A DNA stretch of 64,000 bases from an uncultured Trueperaceae bacterium (GCA_963815215.1 CAWFFU010000003.1:96001-160000), one strand, 5' to 3'. Counted from the first letter of the stretch, positions 41,146 to 49,969 are shown. Made by a program: numbers and translations. Notes: a model not told the origin generated them from the letters alone.

Positions 41146-42375
41146 ATGCGTATCGCTTACGTCACCGATGAGGCGTATCCCGGGTTCGGCGGGCAGGCCA
41201 CCGCCACGGAGGCGCACGTCCGGGCCCTGGCGGACCTCGGCCACGAGCTCCACGTGGTGGTCGGACGGCAGCGCGGTCAGACCGAGCCCCCTGCGGGCGT
41301 GCGGCTGTCGACCCTGCCGGTGTTCCCGTTGGGATCGCTGTCGCACATCGCGTTGCCCCGCAAGAGCGTGCTGGCCCCGGTACTGGACTGGGCCGACATC
41401 GTGCATATCAATCTTCCCGGTCCGTTGGCTGCGGCCACCATGCGTCTGGCCCGTAGACGCGGCCTCCCGGTGGTGATGGGGCTCCACATCCAGGAGCAGA
41501 ACACGTCGATGCACCTACTCGGGCCGCTGCGCCCGATCTTGGAGGGCATCCTGCATCGCTTCTACCGGAGGCTCTTCGGCGAGGCCGACTGTGTCACGGC
41601 TCCTACGGCGTTCGCCGGACGGCTCGCGGGGAGCTACGCGCCGCCCCGCATCGAAGTGGTGTCCAACGGCCTCGATCCGTTCACCGAAGGGCCCGGCTTC
41701 GACGAGGAGGTCGGTACCCTGCGACGCGAGTTGCTCGCAGGTGGCGACGACGTAGTGGTGTCGTACGTGGGCCGACTCTACCCCGAGAAGCATCCCGAAG
41801 AGCTCGTTGCGTTGCTGGCTGCCGCACGCGAGCGCGGGTCGAAGGCGGTGCTGGCGGTGGCGGGACGCGGGCCGATGAGCGAGCGCCTGGTCGAGCTGGC
41901 GCGCCGCGCCGGGGTCGCAGACCACGTGCGGCTCCTGGGCTTCGTCGAAGAACGTCGCAAACGTGCGTTACTTCGCGCCACGGATGTGTTCCTGATGCCC
42001 TCCGAGGTGGAACTCCAGAGCATCGCGACCATGGAGGCCATGAGCGCCGGATGCCCCATCCTCACCGCCGACTACCCTACGAGCGCCGTACCGGATCTGG
42101 TGAAGGAGTGTGGAGCCGGCGTCGCCTACCCGGCGGGGCGACCCGATCGAGGGGCGCAGCTGCTGGTGGAGATGCTGGCCGACGAGGGGGGGATGACGCG
42201 CTACCGGCGGGCGGCCCTCGAGTCGGCCGGCTCGTTCGAGCTACCGGCCATCGGGCGCCGTCTCGCGGCGATCTACGAGGAGCTCATCGCCGGTCACGGC
42301 ACGCCGGGCACGGCACGCCGCCCGCGGGATCGACGGTTCACCCGGGGCGAGGCGCCGCTGCCGGGACGCTCCTGA
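41146..42375 (+). CDS. GT4 glycosyltransferase, glycolipid (diacylglycerol alpha-glucosyltransferase-like) subgroup
   Basis: MRIAYVTD..YP..GG, SNGLD, YVGRLYPEK, FLMPSEVELQSIATMEAMSAG; TAGAAT 8 nt before the ATG. Confidence 0.85.
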   Translation: MRIAYVTDEAYPGFGGQATATEAHVRALADLGHELHVVVGRQRGQTEPPAGVRLSTLPVFPLGSLSHIALPRKSVLAPVLDWADIVHINLPGPLAAATMRLARRRGLPVVMGLHIQEQNTSMHLLGPLRPILEGILHRFYRRLFGEADCVTAPTAFAGRLAGSYAPPRIEVVSNGLDPFTEGPGFDEEVGTLRRELLAGGDDVVVSYVGRLYPEKHPEELVALLAAARERGSKAVLAVAGRGPMSERLVELARRAGVADHVRLLGFVEERRKRALLRATDVFLMPSEVELQSIATMEAMSAGCPILTADYPTSAVPDLVKECGAGVAYPAGRPDRGAQLLVEMLADEGGMTRYRRAALESAGSFELPAIGRRLAAIYEELIAGHGTPGTARRPRDRRFTRGEAPLPGRS

Positions 42376-42399
42376 CCGCGGCCCGGGGGCGATAGGCTC

Positions 42400-43389
42400 T
42401 CATCCCGTCTCCTGGGCGCGTCGCGTCACCAGGTAGCCACCGAGCAGCGGGCCGAGCAGGAAGATCGAGTAGAAGGTCACCAACCGCCACAGCAGCACCA
42501 CACCCGGGACCGACGTACCGCCCCCCCGAGCGATCAGCACGTAGGAGATGCCCAGCTCGAAGAAGCCGCTTCCTCCCGGCGTGGGGACGAAGGTCGACAT
42601 CACCACGACCACCATCTGGGCCGCTTCGATGACGGGGAGCGACACCATCACTCCCAGCCCCCGTGCGAGGAAGAACAGGATCGAGAAGAAGCTGATCCAG
42701 GAGGCGGCCGTGACGGCCTGCAGCGCGAGGTAGAAGCCGAGCGGCGCGTTCTTGAACAGCCGATTCGACTCCAACATCGTCTCTACGAACCGCAGCCCCT
42801 GCCTGCGCCAGCGGATCAGAGGGCCGCGCAGGATCCAGCGTGCGATCGGCTCCAGCCAGGCCAGGCGGAACTGCACCAGGTAGGCGACCGCCGCTGACAG
42901 AACCACGGTGAGCGCTCCCAACGCCAGCCAGGCGGCTCCCTGCGGGTACAGGCCGAGCGCGTAGAGCATCCCCAGCGCGATGGGCAGGCCCCAGGTGTGG
43001 AACAGCGCGTCGGCGCCGAACACGGCCACGCCCACCGCCCACGCGACCCCCGGTGGCAGCTTCTGGCCCTGCAGGGCCAGAGCCAGGGCGGGCGTCGAGC
43101 CGCTGCCGCCGGGCGTCACGGTGGCGCTGAACATGCCGAGGATGTGGGCGCGAAGGGCGTGGAACAGCGGCAGCCGGTAACCGAGCCGCCGGCACATGTA
43201 GATGAGGCGCACGGCGGCCATGGTGAACGCGCCCAGCAGACCTCCGAGGGCCGCCAGCGCGTACGTCCACGGGAGCTGCCGGATGATGGTCAGGTCCTGC
43301 ACCTTGCCGACGCGGAAGACGACCCAGGCGAGCCCCAACGCGCTGAGCACCATCGACACGATGAGCGAGCGCAGGACGGTCCTGTTCAA
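42400..43389 (-). CDS. Flippase-like / LPG-synthase TM (UPF0104) membrane protein
   Basis: FSATVTPGGSG, FVPTPGGSGFFE, LLWRLVTFY; TTG start overlaps the upstream TGA; GGAGG RBS. Confidence 0.85.
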   Translation of the reverse strand: MNRTVLRSLIVSMVLSALGLAWVVFRVGKVQDLTIIRQLPWTYALAALGGLLGAFTMAAVRLIYMCRRLGYRLPLFHALRAHILGMFSATVTPGGSGSTPALALALQGQKLPPGVAWAVGVAVFGADALFHTWGLPIALGMLYALGLYPQGAAWLALGALTVVLSAAVAYLVQFRLAWLEPIARWILRGPLIRWRRQGLRFVETMLESNRLFKNAPLGFYLALQAVTAASWISFFSILFFLARGLGVMVSLPVIEAAQMVVVVMSTFVPTPGGSGFFELGISYVLIARGGGTSVPGVVLLWRLVTFYSIFLLGPLLGGYLVTRRAQETG

Positions 43390-44561
43390 GGAGCCTCCGT
43401 CAAGTCCGCCAGGTGCGCAGCGATGGCGAGCGTCCCGGGCCGGAACCCCAAGGCTGCGACGCGCTCCTGCCAGGTGCGAAGCGGCGCACGGTCCTCGCAC
43501 AGGGGCGCGAGCAGCGCCACGACGTCGCGCGGCCGGGGCACATAGCCGCCGATGCCGTGCTGCGTGCAGTAGTCGAGGTTGCGCTTCTCGTTCGGAGCCA
43601 CGTAGCTGGTGTGGAAGATAGGCCGTCCCAGGGCCAACGCCTCGAAGGTGGAGGCCGCGCCCGCTTTGCCGATCACCAGATCACTGGCTGCGATCCACTC
43701 GGGCATGTTGGTGGCGAAGCCCACGACCTGCAGGCGGGTCCGCCCGCCGGCCGCGGCGTGGGCGTCGGCCAGTTGCTGCAGGCGCGCTCGGAGCTGCTCG
43801 TTGCGGCCCGTCACGACCACGTACTGCAGGTCGAGATCGGCCGCGAGCACGGCGCCGGCGATGCCCTCGACGTTGCCTCCGATGCCCTCGCCTCCCGGCG
43901 TGTGGAGCACGGTGAGACGGCCGGCGTCGAGGCCGAGGCTACGGCGCGCGGCCGCGAGGGTGGGGACCTCGTCCACGAACGCCAGGCCGAGCGGGTAGCC
44001 GAAGATCCGCAGGCGCTCCGCGGGCACGCCCTTGGCGTTCAGCAGCGCGCGCGCTTCATCGCTGGCCACCACGATCTCGTCGACGTCCCGGACCGCCCAC
44101 AGGGCGTGGCCGTCGAACGGATCGGTATCGATGCCCACCAGCGTGGCATCGAACTCACCCCGACGCCGGGCCATGGCGGCCGCGAGGAGCGGCATGAAGT
44201 GCACGCCCACCACCAGATCGTAGCCCTGAGCGCGAACGAAGGCGGCCAGCCTCCGGCTGAAGCCCTTCAGCATCCATGCCTGGACCGCCTGCGTCCAGGT
44301 CACCGGGATCACGCGGTCGAGAAGGTTCTGGAGCACGAAGGTGACGCGCGGATGGGCGAGCATCCACTTCCAGCTCTGCTTGTGGCGACGATCCAACGCT
44401 TGCTCGCCGAGATGGTGCATGATGTCGAGCACGTCGATGTCGAAGCGGTCCGGCCAGCTCCGTTGGAGGGCCGCCTGCAGAGCCATGGCCGGGGCGCGGT
44501 GTCCGCCGCCGGCTTCGATCATGGCGATGAGGATGTGCGGGCGCCCGCCGCCGGGGGTCAT
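43386..44561 (-). CDS. MGDG synthase / UgtP-type GT28 glycosyltransferase
   Basis: AGGGHRAPA, VGVHF, DTD, GYP, PGGEG.G, VTGRN, GFATNM..W..ASDLVIGKAGAASTFEA, NEKRN. Confidence 0.88.
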   Translation of the reverse strand: MTPGGGRPHILIAMIEAGGGHRAPAMALQAALQRSWPDRFDIDVLDIMHHLGEQALDRRHKQSWKWMLAHPRVTFVLQNLLDRVIPVTWTQAVQAWMLKGFSRRLAAFVRAQGYDLVVGVHFMPLLAAAMARRRGEFDATLVGIDTDPFDGHALWAVRDVDEIVVASDEARALLNAKGVPAERLRIFGYPLGLAFVDEVPTLAAARRSLGLDAGRLTVLHTPGGEGIGGNVEGIAGAVLAADLDLQYVVVTGRNEQLRARLQQLADAHAAAGGRTRLQVVGFATNMPEWIAASDLVIGKAGAASTFEALALGRPIFHTSYVAPNEKRNLDYCTQHGIGGYVPRPRDVVALLAPLCEDRAPLRTWQERVAALGFRPGTLAIAAHLADLTEAP

Positions 44562-44586
44562 GGCGTCGTCTCCGGTTTCTTGCCCG

Positions 44587-45687
44587 TCACACGTCCGGCA
44601 GCGTCTCGAAGGTCTTGAGCGCCTGAGCGACCACCTGGTCCATGTTGTAGTAGCGGTACGTGCCGAGGCGGCCGGCGAAGGTGACATGCTCGAGCTCGGC
44701 GGCCATGGCGCGGTACGCCTCGTAGAGCGCCCGGTTCTCGGGTCTGGGAACCGGATAGTAGGGGTCGCCTTCGGCCCGCGGGTGCTCGTACACGAGCACC
44801 GACTTGGCGTGACGCTGGCCTGTCAGGTGCTTCATCTCGGTGCGCCGCGTGTACGCGTAGTCGTTCGGGTAGTTGGTGGTGCCGGTCTCCTGCACCTGCT
44901 CCTGGTCGTGGGTGACGAACTCGAACTCCAACGAGCGGTAGGGCAGGGGACCGAGCTCGTGTTGGAAGTAGCCGTCGATGGGTCCGGTGTAGATCAGGTG
45001 CTTGTGAGGGACGAGGTCGGCCACCTCGCGGTAATCGGTATTGAGCATGACCTTGATGTTGGGGTGCCGCAGCATGCGGCGGAACATCGCCGTGTAGCCG
45101 TGCAGCGGCATGGCCTGGTAGGTGTCCGTGAAGTAGCGATCGTCGCGATTGGTGCGTACCGGCACCCGGGCGGTCACGGAGGCGTCGAGCTCCTTGGGCT
45201 CGAGTCCCCACTGCTTCTTGGTGTAACCGCGGAAGAACTTCTCGAACAGCTCCTGGCCGACCCGGGCCACCACCACGTCCTCGGACGTCACGATGCGCTC
45301 GCGCTTGATCGCCCGGGCCGCGAAGAACGCCTCCACCTCGGGAGCCGACAGGTCGAGGTTGTACAGCGTGTTGATGGTGTCGAGGTTGATGGGGATGGGC
45401 ACCAGCTGGCCGTCGACCAGGGCTCGCACGCGGTGCTGATAGGGGCGCCAGGCGGTGAAGCCGGACAGGTAATCGAAGACGCTCTTGGCGTTGGTATGGA
45501 AGATGTGCGGCCCGTAGCGGTGGACCAGCACGCCGTCGTCGTCGTGCTCGTCGTAGGCGTTGCCCGCGATGTGATCGCGGCGGTCCACCACCAGCACGCG
45601 GCCGCCACGCTGGGTGGCGATCCGTTCGGCGAGGACGGCTCCCGAGAAGCCAGCGCCCACGATGAGGAAGTCGAATCCCTCGCTCAT
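44587..45687 (-). CDS. glf: UDP-galactopyranose mutase
   Basis: LIVGAGFSG, HIAGNAYD, HRYGPHIFHTN, GYTKKQWG, YFTDTYQAMP, PYYP, GRLGTYRYYNMDQ. Confidence 0.97.
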   Translation of the reverse strand: MSEGFDFLIVGAGFSGAVLAERIATQRGGRVLVVDRRDHIAGNAYDEHDDDGVLVHRYGPHIFHTNAKSVFDYLSGFTAWRPYQHRVRALVDGQLVPIPINLDTINTLYNLDLSAPEVEAFFAARAIKRERIVTSEDVVVARVGQELFEKFFRGYTKKQWGLEPKELDASVTARVPVRTNRDDRYFTDTYQAMPLHGYTAMFRRMLRHPNIKVMLNTDYREVADLVPHKHLIYTGPIDGYFQHELGPLPYRSLEFEFVTHDQEQVQETGTTNYPNDYAYTRRTEMKHLTGQRHAKSVLVYEHPRAEGDPYYPVPRPENRALYEAYRAMAAELEHVTFAGRLGTYRYYNMDQVVAQALKTFETLPDV

Positions 45688-45741
45688 GTCGCGCCACCAT
45701 ACCATCGCTGCCGACGCGTCCGCGGGGTGTGGTGGGGGCAG

Positions 45742-46728
45742 CTAGGTGGGGGTCAACGCGCCGACCGAGCGTCGCAACCCCTCGCGCCAGGACACCACCG
45801 GACGGTAGCCGAGCTCCTCCACCGCATGCCGGATGCTGAAGTGCACGTCCCGCGTCATCAGGCCGGCACGGTAGCGGGTCATGGGGGGCTCGTTGCGGGG
45901 GAAGAGGGCGCCCCAGGTCGCCTCGACACCACGCGCCAGAGCCTTGGTGGGGGTGCCCGGGAGGCGCAGCCGCGGCGGTCGCTCGCCCAACAGCCGCGCC
46001 AGTTCGGAGAGCAACTCGCGCCAGCTCGGCATGCCGTCGTCGGCGATGACGTAGGTCCGGTGGGCGGCCTCGGGCCGTTCCAACGCAAGCCGTACCCCGA
46101 GCGCGAAGTTCTCGGCATAGGCGGTGTTGATGACGCTGTCGCCGCTTCCCACCATCGGCAGCAGGCCCTGCTCGAGGGCGCGCACGACGCGGCGGAGGTT
46201 CGGGTCGCGGGAGCCGAACGGCCACAGCCCGGGACGCACGATCACACCTTCGATCCCACCGACCCCGCGGACCAGGTCCTCGGCCATGATCTTGGAGTGC
46301 GCATACGGCTCGCGGACGTTGTCGCGAGGGACCTCGCGCGGGTCAGCGTCGCGGAAGCCGCTGTAGCGATGGACGGCGACGCTCGAGATGAGCACGAATC
46401 GGCTCACGCCGACGTGTACGGCTTCCTTCAGGAGCTGCTCCGTGCCCACCACGTTGGTCCGGTAGAAGGCGTCCCACGGTCCCCAGTCGGCAACGCGCGC
46501 CGCCGCGTGCACCACGGCATCGATGCCGTCGCAGGTGCCGACGAGGGCGCCCTCTCGACTGAGGTCGGCGCGCTCGATCTGCAGGCTCCGCTCGTCGAGC
46601 ACGGCGCCAAGGTTGGCGATCGTCCCCCAGGGCGACACCAGGGCGCGCACCTGATGGCCGGCGGCCAGCAGGTGTTCGCTGATGTGGCTCCCTAGGAAGC
46701 CATGGGCACCGGTAACCAGAACGTTCAT
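45742..46728 (-). CDS. Extended SDR / NAD-dependent epimerase-dehydratase (candidate ceramide or 3-ketosphinganine reductase)
   Basis: VLVTGAHGFLG, HAAA, NVVGT, ISS, YAHSK; the reductase role is inferred from operon context. Confidence 0.75.
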   Translation of the reverse strand: MNVLVTGAHGFLGSHISEHLLAAGHQVRALVSPWGTIANLGAVLDERSLQIERADLSREGALVGTCDGIDAVVHAAARVADWGPWDAFYRTNVVGTEQLLKEAVHVGVSRFVLISSVAVHRYSGFRDADPREVPRDNVREPYAHSKIMAEDLVRGVGGIEGVIVRPGLWPFGSRDPNLRRVVRALEQGLLPMVGSGDSVINTAYAENFALGVRLALERPEAAHRTYVIADDGMPSWRELLSELARLLGERPPRLRLPGTPTKALARGVEATWGALFPRNEPPMTRYRAGLMTRDVHFSIRHAVEELGYRPVVSWREGLRRSVGALTPT

Positions 46729-46803
46729 GTCAGCCGCCGCAGCCCAAGCCTACCAGGAAGGGGGTCCGGGCGGTCCTTCCGGGCGCGTCGGCCGGCCACG
46801 ACG

Positions 46804-47538
46804 TCAACCGTGGAACAGCAGGCCCTGGTGGTAGAGAACGAACACATCGGTGGACAGGCCGATGACCAGGTGGATGATGGTGGAGTACAGCACCGACCGG
46901 CTTCGCAGCGCCAGCACACCGAACAGCAGACTGGCGGGCAGGGCGGCCAGCAGTTCGGTCATGGGCTTGCCGAGATGGATGAGCGTGGCCGCCAGCGACT
47001 GCACCCAGATGGCTTGCGGCGCGCCCCAGGCGTCAGCGACGATGCGCTGCAGGAAGCCGCGGTAGAAGAACTCGAAGGCCACGTAGTACAGGCCGTAGAT
47101 CACGGCCCACAGCCCGATGTTGGCGAGGCTTCGACCTACCCACGCGCCAGCCCACGGGTAGGTCGCCTCGAGCCCTTTGTCGAAGCTGCCCAGGTACATC
47201 AGCGGGATGACGATCACGGCGCCGCCGAGCGCCGCCGAGAGGCCGAAGCGCACGTCGCCCAGGCGGAGCCCCACGTGCTTGAGGTCGATCCCCACCACAG
47301 CCAGCAGCAACGCGGGCAGCGCCAGCAGGAACACCAGCGACCACGCCACCGTGGTGACCCCCGTCAGCAGGGTGCGCGGTTGGAACTGCATCAGCGCAGG
47401 CCCGGGACTGGCGACGTACCAGAAGCCGGCCTGCAGGAGCACGGCGGCCGTCAGCAGGAACCACAGCCGCGCGTGCTTCCGGTCGAAGAGCTGCGCCAGG
47501 TCGGCGAACACCACACCGACCGAACGCAGCGGGTTCAC
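46804..47538 (-). CDS. CPBP (Abi/CAAX protease) family membrane protein
   Basis: FEFFYRGFL, IHLGKP..E and IIH motifs; multiple TM segments; GTGA overlap with the upstream gene. Confidence 0.8.
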   Translation of the reverse strand: MNPLRSVGVVFADLAQLFDRKHARLWFLLTAAVLLQAGFWYVASPGPALMQFQPRTLLTGVTTVAWSLVFLLALPALLLAVVGIDLKHVGLRLGDVRFGLSAALGGAVIVIPLMYLGSFDKGLEATYPWAGAWVGRSLANIGLWAVIYGLYYVAFEFFYRGFLQRIVADAWGAPQAIWVQSLAATLIHLGKPMTELLAALPASLLFGVLALRSRSVLYSTIIHLVIGLSTDVFVLYHQGLLFHG

Positions 47539-48644
47539 AGCGCCTTCTGGTACATGCGGTAGGTCTTGTAGAGCTCGGCGCCCGCCGCCTCGATCCCGCG
47601 GTTCATGGCGTCGTTGTCCTCCAGCACCCAGCTGCACTCGCCGCCGGTGTAGCCGATGGCGCGACCGCGCCTGGCCGTCTCGGCGATCATCAGCAGCTCG
47701 AAGCCCTTGTGGCGGTATTCGGGCAGCACCCCGAGGATGGCCAAGCGCCCCTGAGTGATGATCTTCTTGCGGTTGAGCAGGTGGAAGATCCCGAAGGGGA
47801 TGAGCCGGCCGTTGAACTTGGCGAGGACCTGGTTGAGGTCGGGGATGGTGATCGACAGCCCGACGGTCTCGCCCTTGTACTCCAGGAACAGCGCCAGCTC
47901 GGGCTCCATGATCATCTTGAGGTCGTTGGCCAGATAGTCGAACTCGGCGTCGGTGCCGCGCACCTGCCCCCAGTTCTCCTCCCACGCCACGGTGTAGAGG
48001 TGCTTGAGCAGGCCGACCTCGCGCTTGAACTGCTTCATGTCGGCGGGTCGCACGGTGACGTCGTAGCGTTTGCGGATGCGGTCGGCCATCCGCTCCAAGT
48101 GCTCGGTGGCGCCGTGGCGGATGTCGATCTTCCAGGCGTAGAGGTCCTTGACCTTCTGGTAGCCGGCGGCCTCCGCGAAGCCCAGGTAGTCCGCCGGATT
48201 CTGCAGCATCATGATGAACGGTCTGGTTTCGAAGGCGTCGATCTGGAAGCCCGCGCCGTCGTCCATGGTGGGGTTCGCGGGACCGCGGACGGTGTCCCTA
48301 CCGAGGGCCCGCGCCTCGGCCTCGACGGCCCCGTAGAGTGCCGAGGCGACCTCGGCGTCCTCGGCCTCGAAGAAGCCGAAGAACACCAGGTTGTCGCCGA
48401 ACTGTTCGTTGTGGGCGTCATTGTCGATACAGGCGACGCGACCGACGATGCGTCCGTCGCGTTCGGCTAGGTAGGGGGTGATCCGACCGTGCTGGAAGAA
48501 GGGGTTCTTCTTCGGATTCAGTTTGTCGAACTCCCCCATGCGGAGCGGAGGGACGAAGGTCGGATCACCCCGGTACTTGTCGTAGACATAATCAATGAAG
48601 CGACCCAGGTCGCGTTTCGTCGCGACCTTCTTGATCTCGACCAT
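47535..48644 (-). CDS. GNAT-fold N-acyltransferase of the YghO / bacterial ceramide synthase (bCerS)-like family
   Basis: FIDY...YRGDP.FVPPL, NPFF, GRIVGRVA, FGFFE, VRGP.NP, NP..Y, NWG, PDLN, LGVLPEYR.KG, ECSWVLEDN..M, YKTYRMY pattern. Confidence 0.75.
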   Translation of the reverse strand: MVEIKKVATKRDLGRFIDYVYDKYRGDPTFVPPLRMGEFDKLNPKKNPFFQHGRITPYLAERDGRIVGRVACIDNDAHNEQFGDNLVFFGFFEAEDAEVASALYGAVEAEARALGRDTVRGPANPTMDDGAGFQIDAFETRPFIMMLQNPADYLGFAEAAGYQKVKDLYAWKIDIRHGATEHLERMADRIRKRYDVTVRPADMKQFKREVGLLKHLYTVAWEENWGQVRGTDAEFDYLANDLKMIMEPELALFLEYKGETVGLSITIPDLNQVLAKFNGRLIPFGIFHLLNRKKIITQGRLAILGVLPEYRHKGFELLMIAETARRGRAIGYTGGECSWVLEDNDAMNRGIEAAGAELYKTYRMYQKAL

Positions 48645-48668
48645 GGCTGATCACCCCTTTTTCGGCTG

Positions 48669-49925
48669 TCAGATTACACCAAGCCCCTTGCCCACCGTCT
48701 CGAATGCGGTGAGCAGGAGGTCGAGCTCCTCGGCGCTGTGGTTCGCATTGACGCTGGTGCGGATGATCGAGTGCCCGGGAGCGACGCCGGGCGGGAGCGC
48801 GGGGGTGGTGAACACGCCCGCGTCCCACAGCCCCTTCCAGAAGGCCAGCGCACGGTCGTCCTCACCCACCAGCACGGGCACGATCGGCGTCTCGGAGCCG
48901 AGCGTGTCGAACCCCAGGCGCTGCATGCCGGTGCGGAAACGCTTGACGTTCTTCCACAGTTGCACGCGGTGCTCGGGCTCGGTCTCCATGATGTCGAGCG
49001 CGGCCAGTGCGGCTGCCATCTGCATGGCGGGCAGCGCGGCGGTGAAGATGAACGGGCGCGCGTGGTGCTTGACGAACTGCACCACCTTGCGGTCGCCGGC
49101 CATGAAGCCGCCCACGCTGGCGAACGACTTCGAGAAGGTTCCGATGATGACGTCGACCTCGTCCTCGAGACCGAAATGCTCGCCGGTGCCGCGGCCGCTG
49201 TCGCCCAGAACGCCGCTGGCGTGGGCGTCGTCGATCAGCAGACGCGCGCCGTAGCGGCGCTTCACATCGACCAGGCCCGGCAGGTCCACGATGTGACCGC
49301 TCATGGAGAAGACGCCGTCGGACACGATGATGCGCCCGCCCGGCTTGTCCGCGTCCGCGGCGAGCAGGCGCTCGAGGTGCTCGAGGTCGTTGTGGTCGTA
49401 CTTCCGCAACGTCGCGTACGAGAGCCGCGCGGCGTCGTACAGCGACGCGTGGTTCTCACGGTCGTAGTACAGGATGTCGTGCCGCCCTGCGAGGGCGCTC
49501 ACCACCGACAGGCAGCCCAGGTAGCCGGCGCTGAAGGTGAGGGCTGCCTCCTTGTTGAGGAAGCTCGCGAGGCGTTGCTCGAGCGTCTCATGGAGCGTCA
49601 GGGTGCCGGTCAGGAAACGCGAGCCGGTGCAGCTCGTGCCGAAGTCGTCGAGGGCGTCGCGGGCGGCGCTCTTGAGCCGTTCGTCCTGCGTGAGGCCCAG
49701 GTAGTCGTTCGAACCGGTGATCACCATCTCCCGGCCGTTGGCGCGGACGGTGCCGCCATGCTGGGCGGCGATGGGCTTGAAGTAGGGGTGCAGGCCCGCC
49801 GATTCGGCCAGTTCGGCTCGATTGAACGCGAAGGCCTTGGTGAAGGCGTCTCGAGCACGCGCCGAGCGCTGCGCGGCGTCGTCCTCGATGACCGGGTTCT
49901 GGCGGGTGTCAACGACCTCAGACAA
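48669..49925 (-). CDS. spt: Alpha-oxoamine synthase, serine palmitoyltransferase-like (alternative start 49937)
   Basis: HPYFKPI, GSNDYLGLT, GTSCTGSRFLTGT, NHASLYD, DGVFSM, DDAH, GTFSKSFASVGG, RPFIFTAALP; GGAGG before TTG 49925. Confidence 0.72.
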   Translation of the reverse strand: MSEVVDTRQNPVIEDDAAQRSARARDAFTKAFAFNRAELAESAGLHPYFKPIAAQHGGTVRANGREMVITGSNDYLGLTQDERLKSAARDALDDFGTSCTGSRFLTGTLTLHETLEQRLASFLNKEAALTFSAGYLGCLSVVSALAGRHDILYYDRENHASLYDAARLSYATLRKYDHNDLEHLERLLAADADKPGGRIIVSDGVFSMSGHIVDLPGLVDVKRRYGARLLIDDAHASGVLGDSGRGTGEHFGLEDEVDVIIGTFSKSFASVGGFMAGDRKVVQFVKHHARPFIFTAALPAMQMAAALAALDIMETEPEHRVQLWKNVKRFRTGMQRLGFDTLGSETPIVPVLVGEDDRALAFWKGLWDAGVFTTPALPPGVAPGHSIIRTSVNANHSAEELDLLLTAFETVGKGLGVI

Positions 49926-49960
49926 GACTTCCTCCAACGCGGCTACAAGCCAATTAGGGC

Positions 49961-49969
49961 ACTATAGCA
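49961..49969 (-). promoter_or_regulatory. Extended -10 promoter for the spt operon
   Basis: TGCTATAGT on the minus strand, ~35 nt upstream of the start. Confidence 0.5.

Noticed and set aside
44341..46695. Long antisense ORFs (this 784-aa ORF, also 16932-18494, 22596-24221, 52252-54240 and others)
   Set aside because: They are stop-poor shadow frames expected opposite real genes in high-GC DNA, with no recognisable motifs.
48669..49937. Annotation as bioF or kbl
   Set aside because: The motifs (GTFSKS, HPYF, GSRFL) and the neighbours (bCerS-like GNAT, SDR, lipid GTs) fit SPT better, and no biotin or threonine-catabolism genes are nearby. Not fully excluded without a phylogeny.
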